From Octopus sinensis (Eukaryota), in assembly GCF_006345805.1 (NCBI RefSeq), contig NC_043013.1, positions 28,272,001-28,336,000 of the forward strand: a stretch of DNA of 64,000 bases. Direction: 5' to 3'. Of this stretch, positions 1-11,189 are shown one piece after another. A model generated the notes under the pieces. The model did no database searches. It was not told the DNA's origin and was given only the letters and a program-made list of their open reading frames with translations. Position 1 is the first letter of the stretch. Every line of letters begins with the position of its first letter. A program made the translations under genes and the position numbers.

Positions 1-254
1 AAAAATCTTCGACCAAACCTCAGTCCCAATTTATGTGCCTAACACTAGCTTAATGATAACTAAGTTATTTTACTAAATTCTTTGTTATATTTAAAATTAA
101 TTGAAAGAAACACAGAGCATCTCAAAATAAACACAGAAAGGAAAGGATTAAAAGATGGTAGATTAAAAAGGTAATTTAATTCCATAATTATTCCAGGAGT
201 AATGAAGGTGGATGACTCAGTTGTTGGGGGTATTCGGCTAATGATTGCATGCTT

Positions 255-535
255 TGATAACCAGTAGTGCTTTGTGACCTTGTGCAAGACACTTTATTTC
301 ACATTGCTCCAGTTCATTCAGCTGGGAAAAAATAAGTTGTGTTTGTAATTAAAAGGTGAAGCCTTGTGACATTGTATGTCATACTGAATCTCCCTCAGAA
401 CTTCACAGACATGCAGGTATGCATGTCTGTGGAGGGCTCGACCATTTGCACATTAATTCTCACAAGCAGGCTGTTCTATTGACCGGATCAGCTGGAGCCC
501 TCATTGTCACAACTGACGAAGAGCCAGTATTCCAT
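255..535 (+). mobile_element. Degraded SINE, family C (same family as 46699-47082, opposite orientation)
   Basis: cacaagcaggctgttctattgaccggatcagctggagccctc is the reverse complement of the gatccgaatcaacggaacagcctgctcgtg block at about 46.75 kb. Boundaries approximate. Confidence 0.6.
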
Positions 536-1303
536 GAGTTGATGTTGATTATAAATATTGGTCTCTAATACTGGTAAAGGATCATAGATTTGGTGAGAGA
601 GGAAGAAGGAACCGTATGGTCAATTAAATCCATCCCAGTATTTGACCAGTACTTTACATTATCAACTCTGGATCAAGGAAAGGCAAAGTTGACAAAAGTG
701 GGATTTGAACTCAGAATATGAACAGTTGATATTAAGATTTACAATCTGTTTCTTTCTCTCTGTCTCACTATAATAACCTTTCATCATCTGACACAAGATA
801 ACTTCTTCCGATGCCCCTGCCTCTCTCAAAAGACCTTTGTCTTGTAAGTTACTTTGATGACCCTGACAGTGCTGGTGTCATGTAAGAAGCATCCAGTCCA
901 CACTGTGAAGTGGTTGGCATTTGGAAGGGCATCAGCTGTAAAAACCACCCAAATCTGAACAAAAACAATTTAAAAAAAAAAACATCATCTTTCTACAACA
1001 TGCATAAAAATTAGTAATTACATCCATTTATTCTCCATTTTCTTCTTGTTTTCCCTCAATATACATATATACATATATATCAAAATTGAGATGATAAAGG
1101 AATAAATAATTACATTATGAACTTCATTAGCTTACAGCTGTCTCTGCTATATGGTGTAATGTACTCATGTATGCACTGTACATGACTTAGGCTGTGTTCT
1201 GAAGCATATGTATATTGAGTTTCTAACTCCAGGTTATTAGTATGACAATGCCTAAGCAATAAATAAATAAATAAATAAATATATATATATATATATATAT
1301 ATA

Positions 1304-1461
1304 CCCGGAAGACCTCCACGACGGTGGAGTGACGATTTCAAGGGGACGATTGGGATCACGTGGATGAGAAAGGCGCGATCCAGAGAGGGGTGGACAGCGT
1401 GCTGTGACCAGCGGTGTCAAATGGGCGCCTGACGGACTGGTCGGTCAAAGTGATCAAAGTA
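1304..1461 (+). mobile_element. 5'-truncated RTE-clade LINE, extreme 3' end
   Basis: Translates without interruption as PGRPPRRWSDDFKGTIGITWMRKARSREGWTACCDQRCQMGA* (stop 1430-1432), matching the RTE ORF C-terminal GRPxxRWxDD...W...AxxRxxW pattern. Tandem tail tcaaagtga/tcaaagtaa, (TA)n on both sides, CpGs intact. Confidence 0.85.
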
Positions 1462-1733
1462 ATATATATATAAGACATTTAGAGCTTAAATTCATTAGTT
1501 TATTAGTAAATGCAGCTGAAAATAGTTATGACAAATACTACACGTTACTGATGTCAGCATTATTAGTTCTGTTTTTTTCTATATTGCAGTGCAGAGTTTA
1601 ACATTAAAAAATATCATATGAGGAAATGGAAGAATAACAATTTAGTGAAGCTGACTTATCCAAGACATGCTACGTAAAGATTAATTTTATAAGACCAGAC
1701 CTACGATCCAATTGGACCTGACTCAAAACTAAC

Positions 1734-1799
1734 CATAGCAATAAAGAGCTATATGTTCCAACATTATCAACAAAAGAATCAGGACTGCAACTAAGATAT
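1734..1799 (-). CDS. Candidate internal exon (66 nt, phase 1/1) encoding a hydrophobic segment (D)ILVAVLILLLIMLEHIALYCY(G)
   Basis: Minus strand cattccag|ATATC...GCTATG|gttagt, with 12 of the first 13 codons having T at position 2. Frame-compatible with the exon at 39467-39535. The polypyrimidine tract is weak and a second frame (YLSCSPDSFVDNVGTYSSLLL) is also open. Confidence 0.45.
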
Positions 1800-1839
1800 C
1801 TGGAATGTCTAGTGTGTGTTTGGGTGTGTATATGTGTGT

Positions 1840-1854
1840 GCATGTATGTGCCTA

Positions 1855-1894
<40 letters not shown>

Positions 1895-1937
1895 TATGTA
1901 TGTATATACAAACGTGTAAACATGCATATGTAAATAC

Positions 1938-1971
<34 letters not shown>

Positions 1972-2019
1972 TAGATAGATAGATACATACATACATACAT
2001 ACATACATGTGTGTATGTA

Positions 2020-2081
<62 letters not shown>

Positions 2082-2245
2082 GAAAGATATACATCTACAT
2101 AAATTAAATATATATGTATGTACATATACATATAAAAATACTTAGCTATGCATCAAAACATATGCATACAAATGCATATGTGTATATATTTAATCACACA
2201 CACATATGAATGTATAATGTGTATATATACATACATATATATATA
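1840..2245. repeat. Compound (TA)n/(TG)n/(TACA)n microsatellites, representative of dozens in the window
   Basis: Directly visible. Source of the [12 protein letters not shown] pseudo-ORFs in the track. Confidence 0.97.
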
Positions 2246-3050
2246 TAAGGCAAGGAAACAAATTGAGAAGATGTTTGTCAATTAATCATATTCTCTATTT
2301 TCTTCTTTTCCTTATAAATTCTGGTTAAACTTTTCTTTACCTCCACACATAACTATTATTCAATTGTACTATTGCTTTACAACAGTAAGCATTTGGATAC
2401 ATATAGAGATCCATCCAGTAGTATAGAGGATATTTATTATCCCTTAGATGGTTGTCTAACCTCTAACTCATACAGACACACATGCGCACACACACACACA
2501 CGTATATATATATATATATATATTAACCTTGAAGCTCCAGTAATCCGTTATAGAACTTACCTAGCATACCTAATCATTTAGATCACCTGTGAACTGAAGC
2601 CCCATACTTCGTATGTGTGTGTGGGTGGGTGTGGGTGTGTGTTTGTGTGTGTGTGTGTTATGAATATATATTTCTCTTTTATATTACATGATGTGAATGA
2701 ACAATAGAGTTGTTTGTTATATGAGTGCCACAGGTCAATCACTGGTTTGATTCACAGGTCAATGACATTGAGGGTGATAAAAGTGCGTTTCTTCAGCCAG
2801 GTGCATTTTCTCATTGCTCTTTATGTCTGTTGCCAAAAGATATAATCACAGACACAAAAACACATACATACATACATCATAAACACATACACAAAATATG
2901 ACAAACTTTTTAACAGTTACAATATAAGCATTGCCACATATTCAATATTCATCATCCTGATGTACGCATATTTTGGAACACACAGACACACACACACACA
3001 TATATATACAAAGGGGAAAAAAATGTATAAACAAATTATGTAACATAATA

Positions 3051-3216
3051 GGCGCAGGAGTGGCTGTGTGGTAAGTAGCTTGCTAACCAACCACATGGTT
3101 CCGGGTTCAGTCCCACTGCGTGGCATCTTGGGCAAGTGTCTTTTTGCTATAGCCCCGGGCCGACCAATGCCTTGTGAGTGGATTTGGTAGACGGAAACTG
3201 AAAGAAGCCTGTCGTA

Positions 3217-3265
<49 letters not shown>

Positions 3266-3470
3266 TTGTGTGTCTGTGTTTGTCCCCCCTAGCATTGCTT
3301 GACAACCGATGCCGGTGTGTTTACGTCCCCATCACTTAGCTGTTCGGCAAAAGAGACCGATAGAATAAGTACTGGGCTTACAAAGAATAAGTCCCGGGGT
3401 TGATTTGCTCGACTAAAGGCGGTGCTCCAGCATGGCCGCAGTCAAATGACTGAAACAAGTAAAAGAGTAA
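3051..3470 (+). mobile_element. tRNA-derived SINE family A, full length, with internal (TA)n
   Basis: Head ggcgcaggagTGGCTGTGTGGtaag (A-box) and GGTTCAGTCCC (B-box), then ttgggcaagtg block, internal (TA)n, 3' end catggccgcagtcaaatgactgaaacaagtaaaagag. Many near-identical copies in the window. Confidence 0.9.
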
Positions 3471-3748
3471 GGAGAGAGTAACATATACTGAATGTAAAAA
3501 TGAATGGGAGACAAACAGTAGGTCTGTAATTCTTAATCAATTATCTCTCCCATTCGTTTTTACATTCAGTATACTTTACATCATTTGTTTATATATTTTT
3601 GCATTTATCAAGTAATGGAACACAACACACATACATGTATACTATGTGTATATGTACATATATACGCTTATGTAAAAATATATGTGTCATTCTAGTTTGC
3701 ATGAGATCTTTTTCAATAATTAATGATTTTGAATTTAAAACATTTTTC

Positions 3749-3787
<39 letters not shown>

Positions 3788-3859
3788 TATAAGTGCCAAT
3801 GCAAGAAACTCTTGAGCCTTGAGTCACTCTTGCTTCTGCTAAATATTCATAAAAATATA

Positions 3860-3899
<40 letters not shown>

Positions 3900-3901
<2 letters not shown>

Positions 3902-4310
3902 TACATCTTAGGGTAGCAAAAAAAAGATTTATTAATTAATGATTTTTTGGCTAATTTTGAAATTAAATCGGCAGTTTATATTTGCTGCTGAGAAAACCGC
4001 GCGAGTGTGGTGGATTTTGAAAATTTATAGCATATAGACTCCAGGCATGCTCATTATCGCCTCGTGAATATATGTTAGTCCTTGGCTTTTCTGCTGAAGA
4101 AGCACGCCAGTTGTAAATAAATTTAATTTAATTAATTTATTTACTAAAGTTCGTCGAAACTATGCAAAGTCCAAAAAGGAGAGGGTAAACGTTTTTATTT
4201 CTCTTTCCATTTCAGAATTACAACTATTAGTGGTTTGGAGTTTGGCTGCTCTTTCTAGCGAGCCGAATGTCCTATTATGGCCATTCCTTATATATTTGAA
4301 TATATATATA
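3900..4310 (+). mobile_element. Penelope-like element 3' fragment (ORF end plus pLTR) inside (TA)n
   Basis: 3988-4052 reads LRKPRE/WWILKIYSI*TPGML with one frameshift, resembling the end of Penelope GIY-YIG domains. It is immediately followed by a hammerhead motif. CpG-containing, with (TA)n on both sides. Confidence 0.6.
4086..4179 (+). ncRNA. Type-I hammerhead ribozyme, intact core, extended stem II
   Basis: Stem I cttttctg (4086-93) with caaaaagg (4172-79), 7 of 8 pairs. CUGAAGA at 4094-4100. G4102-C4155 closes stem II, which contains a perfect 11-bp gtaaataaatt/aatttatttac helix. GAAA at 4156-59, stem III ACU/AGU, GUC triplet at 4169-71. Confidence 0.75.
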
Positions 4311-4730
4311 TATATATATATATGATAATAGACTCTCCTGTCAAAGACAATGTATGAGTGTTCAGCTTTTGCCAAATGATTTGTCTAAAGTGATCAAATG
4401 TTTGTGCCACACATTAGCTCACTCCTTCCATCAAATCAATTGTGCCTGAACAAGTGCAACAGGTGTGCCATGCATCGGGTGTTGAAGTAATTAAAAGAGC
4501 AATGTGAGATGAAGTGTTTTGCTCAAGAACACAATGCACCACCCAGTCTAGGAATTGAAAATAGTAGTGCTCAAATGATTCAAACTTAGATTCTGATGTT
4601 GTTACAAGGGACCGATTCCACGAAGTAAAGAGTGGCTACAAGAGGAATCCAGGTGAGTAGATATGGAGCCATTTAGGTGGATAAGCAAATTGAATATAAC
4701 AGTATGAGTTTGACATATAAAATATATATA

Positions 4731-5140
4731 GGCGCAGGTGTGGCTGTGTGGTAAGTAGCTTGCTTACCAACCACATGGTTTCGGGTTCAGTCCCACTGCG
4801 TGGCATCTTGGGCAAGTGTCTCCTGCTATAGCCTCGGGCCGACCAATGCCTTGTGAGTGGATTTGGTAGACGGAAACTGAAAGAAGCCTGTCGTATATAT
4901 GTATATATATGTGTGTGTATGTATATGTTTGTGTGTCTGTGTTTGTCCCTCTAGCATTGCTTGACGACCGATGCTGGTGTGTTTACGTCCCCGTCACTTA
5001 GCGGTTCGGCAAAAGAGAGCGATAGAATAAGTAGTGGGCTTACAAAGAATAAGTCCCGGGTTGATTTGCTCGACTAAAGGTGGTGCTCCAGCATGGCCAC
5101 AGTCAAATGACTGAAACAAGTAAAAGAGAGACTAAAGAGA
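4731..5140 (+). mobile_element. SINE family A, full length
   Basis: Near-identical to 3051-3470, including head boxes, internal microsatellite and taaaagag tail. Confidence 0.9.
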
Positions 5141-5212
5141 GTATATGTATAGATGCAAACAGGAAGAAAGCAAAGACTGAAGATTTTCAGATGATGAATA
5201 TCTAAGTGTAAA

Positions 5213-5579
5213 TCTCTCTCTATATAAACGGCAGTTTGTCTGTGCGTGTTTCTGTGTGTCTGTTTGCTTGTACCCTCACCCTGACTACGGCTTTCAACCG
5301 ATTCTGATGAAACTTGACACACACATAGCCCAATGTCATAATTCAAAACTAACGCAGTGAAATTTTGAAAAGTTCCCCCAGTTCTGAAAAAATCGATAAA
5401 TTCGACATGGGGTCGAGAATCACAAACACAAACCGCAAACTGTCTAGGGGACGCAACTCCACCTTTTTTAACTAAAAAAAAATTTACCATCATTTTTTGC
5501 TATTTTTTGGCTATAACTCTCTAAAAATGCTTTATAGTTATTTCCCTTACAAACTGAGCAACGCCGGCGATACTGCTAG
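5213..5579 (+). mobile_element. Non-autonomous Helitron-like element
   Basis: Begins a|TCTCTCTCTATATAAA and ends with the GC-rich palindrome cgccggcg followed by CTAG|t. A/T insertion site, no TSD, no TIR. Confidence 0.7.
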
Positions 5580-5593
5580 TACTTAGATATTTA

Positions 5594-6020
5594 CAGGTCG
5601 TCGTCGACTTATGACCTATCTGACTTACAACCGATCAACTTTATGACAATTGGTGCACTAGCTCCCAGCAGCAATAATAAATAGTCCAGCTGAAATCTAA
5701 TGGGTTTTATTTCTTAGAAATCAACCCATCTATGGATGATGTTAGCTAACACACGGTTCCTCCAGGTTGGATGAATATCCTGTTGCAAAGACATCAAAGC
5801 AACCTCATATTTAGTTATAAGACAACTGTTTGAGACTCCAAAATTTTAGACTAAAGCCAGTATAATAGTATAATACAGAATGCTGTGTGTGATTTTTACC
5901 TGAGAATGTACCTTAAGAATGTAAAAGTATAAAACAAAACCACATAGGCCAACTTATGACCGAATCAACTTACAACCAGTTAGTCGGAACCAACTGTGGT
6001 TGTAAGTCGATGATGACCTG
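5594..6020. mobile_element. Tigger/pogo-type MITE
   Basis: TIRs caggtcgtcgtcgacttatgacc / ggttgtaagtcgatgatgacctg, flanked by TA on both sides (5592-93, 6021-22). Confidence 0.85.
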
Positions 6021-7518
6021 TATATATTAATTGATCAAACTATACATGTAAAACAAGCTTCTTTCAGTTTCCATCTACCAAATTCACCACAAGGCTTTAT
6101 TTGCCCCATGACTATAGTAGAAGAACCATGTGGCTGCATGCGAGCTTCTAACCACAAAGCCATAGTTGGTGGGTTGGTTAGGCCACATTACTCTGTAAGG
6201 AGCATGGGGTTGGTTCCCCTGGTTTTTCTGGCATATATAGTCCTCCCTGGATGGGACACTGGTCCTTCACAGGATTACCCACTTTTGCCAGCTGAGTGGA
6301 CTGGAGCAGTATGAAATGGAGTGATTTGCTCAAAAACACAACACATTGCCCAGTCCAGGAATAGAAACCACAATCTTATAACCATGAATCCATTAAACCA
6401 TGCACCTAAACACCACACAGCCATGTCTGAACATGTATATATATATATACATATGTTATTGTGCATACATACACATACACTCATTGAATCTATAAAACAT
6501 GTCCAGAGTTGTCTCCCATATTTTTTTTGGAAATAATTACAATCACATTAGTCATTATACTAACATTTTTCTTTTCTTCACTACATAAGTATTTCTAATT
6601 AGATTTTTATTCTTTGCAACACCAAATGTGCTGGCAGTAAATTAATTTCATGTGTTTCATGCAGATGGCATTTCCAAGCAATTACACATTCAGTAAGTTT
6701 TTTAATAGAGTAATACTTTATAACCTTGTTACTTGTATATGGGAAGTTAAGAATTCATTGGTCTACAATTTAAGAGAATATATCTTAAATCAGAGAAGAC
6801 AACTACAATAACAGCAACAAATTCATTGAAAGAAAGAAGAAAAACATCCATACATATATACAAGTAGGTAGGTATGCATAAATATATATTTTTATATATA
6901 AATATGTAAGTAGGTATATAGGTAAGTCTGAGTACACACACACATATATATATATACATCAGTAGTTAGACAGGTATATATATATATATATATATATGTA
7001 CCTAACAACCTATATATATATATATTAAGAAACAGTTATTCTGATGAAAACAGAAAGTGAAATATATAGACAAGCAGATATATATATAAATGAGGCAACG
7101 GAATAACCAACAAGACAAATTGGAACAATTTCACACAAATATTAAGAAAAAAATACATAAAATAAGATAAAAATAAAGTAAAAAAAAAACAGCAGCAGCA
7201 GCACATAAGGTTAAGACTTCAAAAATTATTTTTTAGCAGCCCTCTTCATTTTTTTCTTCTTTTTCTTCCTATCTGCTGACTTGTAAAGAGAAATAGAAGC
7301 AGGCCTCCTTCTCTGACGAAAATAAAATGAAATGAAGTAAAATAAAAGATGGCACATTTGTCAGTGAGTCTAACTATGCCATTACCTTGGGAATTGTATA
7401 TTTAGATAACAACTGAATTCAAAAGGTAGGCATCTCTTCTCTGCTCTACACCTCACCCCAGCTATCTTTACACTCTTTGTATGTCTTTCAGCACTAATAT
7501 AATAGAAAGACATTTGTA

Positions 7519-7550
<32 letters not shown>

Positions 7551-7569
7551 AGTGTGTGTGCATGTGTTT

Positions 7570-7572
<3 letters not shown>

Positions 7573-7609
<37 letters not shown>

Positions 7610-7755
7610 CACACACACACACACACACACACATTTCTCTCTTTCCTTCCCTCCTCTGTCTCAGTGTGTGTATATTTTATATATATATATATATATAAAA
7701 CATACATACACACTGATACAGAAAGGGAGGGAGGGAAAGAGAGAAATGTGTGTGT

Positions 7756-7795
<40 letters not shown>
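7573..7795. repeat. Imperfect ~220-bp palindrome centred on (TA)n
   Basis: Left arm acacatttctctctttccttccctcctctgtctcagtgtgtgtatatttt is the reverse complement of right arm aaaacatacatacacactgatacagaaagggagggagggaaagagagaaatgtgt. Centre is (TA)n at 7679-7696. Confidence 0.9.
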
Positions 7796-7813
<18 letters not shown>

Positions 7814-8873
7814 TACACATACATATATGTAAGTCTCTTTTTGCCTCCTTCCCTCTCCTTCTGCCCCAGTATACATACACACACACAAGTGCATGTGTAA
7901 CTATCTATCTATATATATATATAAATACACACACACACACAATATATACATGTGTGTGTGTGAGAGAGAGACAGAGTGTATAAATAAGACACACACATCT
8001 GAACACATACAGAGGTACGTAACTGTAACCTTATACGCATCTCTCTTTCCCCTGCCCCAAACACACACACACATACACGCAGTGTATACATGTGAATTAA
8101 GGGAAGGAAATGAAGGTGTGAAACAAATCAGAAAACATCTTCAACCCAACCTAAAAAAAAAAAAAGAAGAATATACATAAACATAACTAAACAAAAGCAC
8201 ACCAAAAAAAATCATGAAAAGAAATCAATATGAGATCTGTTCTACACATGTATACACACACACACACACACACACATACACACACGCACGTATTATTGGC
8301 GTTCCTAAAAAGAACATATATATAACAGAATATCAGAAAATCAGAGCTAGCATAAGACTAAAATATCTAATTCCCAGCCCCAGATTCTGACCTATTTAGA
8401 AATGGTAAATTATCATAAACAATAATAGGATTATTGATTAAGGATTTCGGTTGTGGTTGCTTCGGGGAGGGAGTGGAGGTAGGAGGTGGTGGCAGTGGTG
8501 ATGATGGTGGAGGTCACTCATATCTGAAGATGAAAGATAAAATATGATCTCCACATGTATGTAAAACAGAGAAAAAAAAACATGCTGATATGCCCAATTG
8601 AGGTTTTATCAGGTTAATGAGAAAAAATTATAGAAAAGGTAAGAAATATACAAGAAAATAACAGAAAAAGTAAAAACAAAACCAAAAAAAATACATTGAT
8701 TCCACATTGGCCAAAGTTTAGTATGATATAAAACATTCCTAAGGAGCTAATTTTCTTTAAATTGGTACAAGGACATTTGCAGCGGAAGCACCAACGTAGC
8801 TGAGTGAATTACTCTACCATCACCACCAGCGCCACCAAAGACCTTGGCTCTCTTCTTCTCATAATACGTTTTA

Positions 8874-9275
8874 CCTTTTACTTGCTTCAGTCATTAGATT
8901 GTGGCCATGCTGGGGCACTGCCTTGAAAAACTTTTAGTTAAATGGATCAACCCTGGTACTTACTTTTTTTTCAAGTCTGGAACTTATTCTATTGATCTCT
9001 TTTGCCAAAATGCTAAGGGGACATAAACACATCATCGCCTATTGTCAAAAAGTTGTGGGGAACAAACACAGACACAAACACACACACATAGATATATACA
9101 TACATACATATATATATTCTTTTACTTGTTTCAGTCATCTGACTGCAGCCATGTTGGAGCACTGCCTTTAGTTGAGCTAATCAATCCCAGGATTTATTCT
9201 TTGTAGTACAACGCCACATCGGTTGTCAAGCAATGGGGGGAATAAACAGACACACAAACATAAACATACATATAT

Positions 9276-9317
<42 letters not shown>

Positions 9318-9466
9318 CTTCTTTCAATTTCCATCTACCAAATCCACTCACAAGGCTTTGGTCAGCTCAAGGCTATAGAAGACACTTGCCCAAAGTGTCA
9401 CTCAATGGGACTGAACCCAGAACCATGTGGTTGGGAAGCAAGCTTCTTACTACACAGCCATGCCTG
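8874..9466 (-). mobile_element. Two older SINE family A copies (a 3' half plus a near-full copy), CpG-decayed
   Basis: cttttacttgcttcagtcattagattgtggccatgctggggcactgcc and a second tail at about 9118. Head cttactacacagccatgcc at about 9460. Confidence 0.85.
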
Positions 9467-9569
9467 CTCCTAATATGTAATTTATTTTCTGTGAAGGTCA
9501 TTGCTTCCTTCCGCTGCCAGACTAAAGATCAGAAAAACTAAACATGGATTAAAAAAAAAAAAATAACTC

Positions 9570-9880
9570 CATTGGTTGCAACAATGAGGGTTCCAGTTGA
9601 TCTGACCAATGGAACAGCCTGCTCGTGAAATTAATGTGGCTGAGTACTCCACAGATAAGTGTACCCTTAACATAGTTCTCACTGAGACTCAGCGTGACAC
9701 AGAATATAACAAGGCTCACCATTTGAAATACAGGTACTACATGTTTTTACCAGCTGAATGGACTGGAGCAACGTGAAATAAAGTATCTTGCTGAAAGAGA
9801 CAATGCACCACTGGGAATTGAACTCACAACCCTATGATCGTGAAATGAAAACCCTAACCACTAAGCCACACCCTTCACAC
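9570..9880 (-). mobile_element. SINE family C, CpG-decayed
   Basis: ggaacagcctgctcgtgaaattaa block. tRNA-like head at the right end (gggaattgaactc...ccctaaccactaagcca). Confidence 0.8.
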
Positions 9881-10976
9881 TGTGCATGGATAGATGGCAC
9901 TTGAATACTAAAAGGAATATAGTTGGCATGCTCTAATGATCTCTTCTGCCACATCACCATCTTAGAAGATATAAAGAATTATTTATCACCTGCTCGGAAC
10001 AAGATTACTGCCAACAGATGAAGAGACTGGAATTTCTTGCTGAACATCCTGCACAGATTATTTGTTTATAGTGATCAAGTATTTGTGCCGTACATTAGCT
10101 CACTCGCTCCCTCCATCAAATCGATAGTACCTGTACAGGTGCATGGTGTGCCACATGTCTGATGTTGAAGTGATTGCAGATCAATGTGAAATGAAGTGTT
10201 TTTTTTTTTTTCAAGAACACAACAGATTGCCTGGTCCAGGAATTGGAACCATTTGGTTGCGAATGCAAGACCCAAACCACTAGGCCATGCTCCCTGACAC
10301 ACACACATACAAACATACATGCATGTATGCATGGACGCAGATGAAAATGCGGTTAAGAAATTCACTCTGAAACCATGTGGTTTTGGATCTAGTCCTGTGT
10401 GGCACCTTGGGCAAGTGTCTTTTACTAAAGCCCTGTGCTGACCAATGTCTTGTGAGTGGAAACTGAAAGAAGACTGTTATGTGTGTATGTAAGCATGCAT
10501 GTTGATATCTCATGTCCGTCATCATCTGAATGAAATAGTGATTATGATGACATTCTTTTTTGGCATTATAAATGGTTGTTCTGCACTTTAGATCTAAGTT
10601 TGCAGGCCACATTACAGCACTTAAGCAGAGTTGTAGCTCTCAAAGTTATTTCTTTTTAGCCCCAGTTCAAATCTGATTGACCAAGTCTGGAGCAATAGAT
10701 CTTCCCTTCCATTATCATCTCATCTATTTTAGGGGCCTGCAGGACTACTTTATTCAATGTGGATTGACCTTCTATAAAAGATGGCAGAATGTGATCTGAC
10801 AGAAATGTAGATGTCATTTCTAGCTGGCCAAATGACCATGTGCGGCTCTCTTACTGCCTAATGTGATGAAGGAGCTCAATGAGTGACCGAATAGCTGATT
10901 GTTTCATATTCGGCTACATGAGCTGGATGTTGTCCACAGCTAAAACTTTCATTGACTAAGTCCACCGAGTTTTAGG

Positions 10977-11189
10977 TACCATGTTTTTTAGAATACAAGC
11001 CGAATATTTCAGACAAAAATTTACAGCCAAAACAGGTAGGTTGCCTTATACAACAGGACAACTTTGGAGGACAAAAACTTACATGTGAAATACAGTAGGA
11101 TTTGGAAAGACAGTGACAACATCTGAATGTTTTTACACTATATGTATACACTATATACTACATCGACTTGTATGCTGAAAATTACGGTA
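10977..11189. mobile_element. pogo/Tigger-like MITE (related copies at about 11467-11620 and 23750-23950)
   Basis: ta-ccatgttttttagaatacaagccga ... tcgacttgtatgctgaaaattacgg-ta. The internal block caactttggaggacaaaaa...catgtgaaat recurs at 23.8 kb. Confidence 0.7.

Noticed and set aside
3051-3125. tRNA-like sequences with A and B boxes (also at about 47010-47080 and in family B heads)
   Set aside because: They are SINE heads continuous with SINE bodies, and no complete cloverleaf with an acceptor stem is evident.
6665-6692. 28-nt plus-strand exon-like segment tgcag|ATGGCATTTCC...TTCA|gtaagt (similar case at 24181-24221)
   Set aside because: GTAAGT and YAG are frequent by chance in 64 kb of AT-rich DNA, and there are no compatible partner exons or other support for a plus-strand gene there.
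8438-8523. Strong minus-strand acceptor ttttatctttcatcttcag| followed by MSDLHHHHHCHHLLPPLPPRSNHNRNP*
   Set aside because: All three frames stop within 30 codons and the peptide derives from CAC/CCA low-complexity sequence. It could be an alternative terminal exon, but I cannot support it. The same applies to the acceptor-like sites near 20680, 28750 and 36708.
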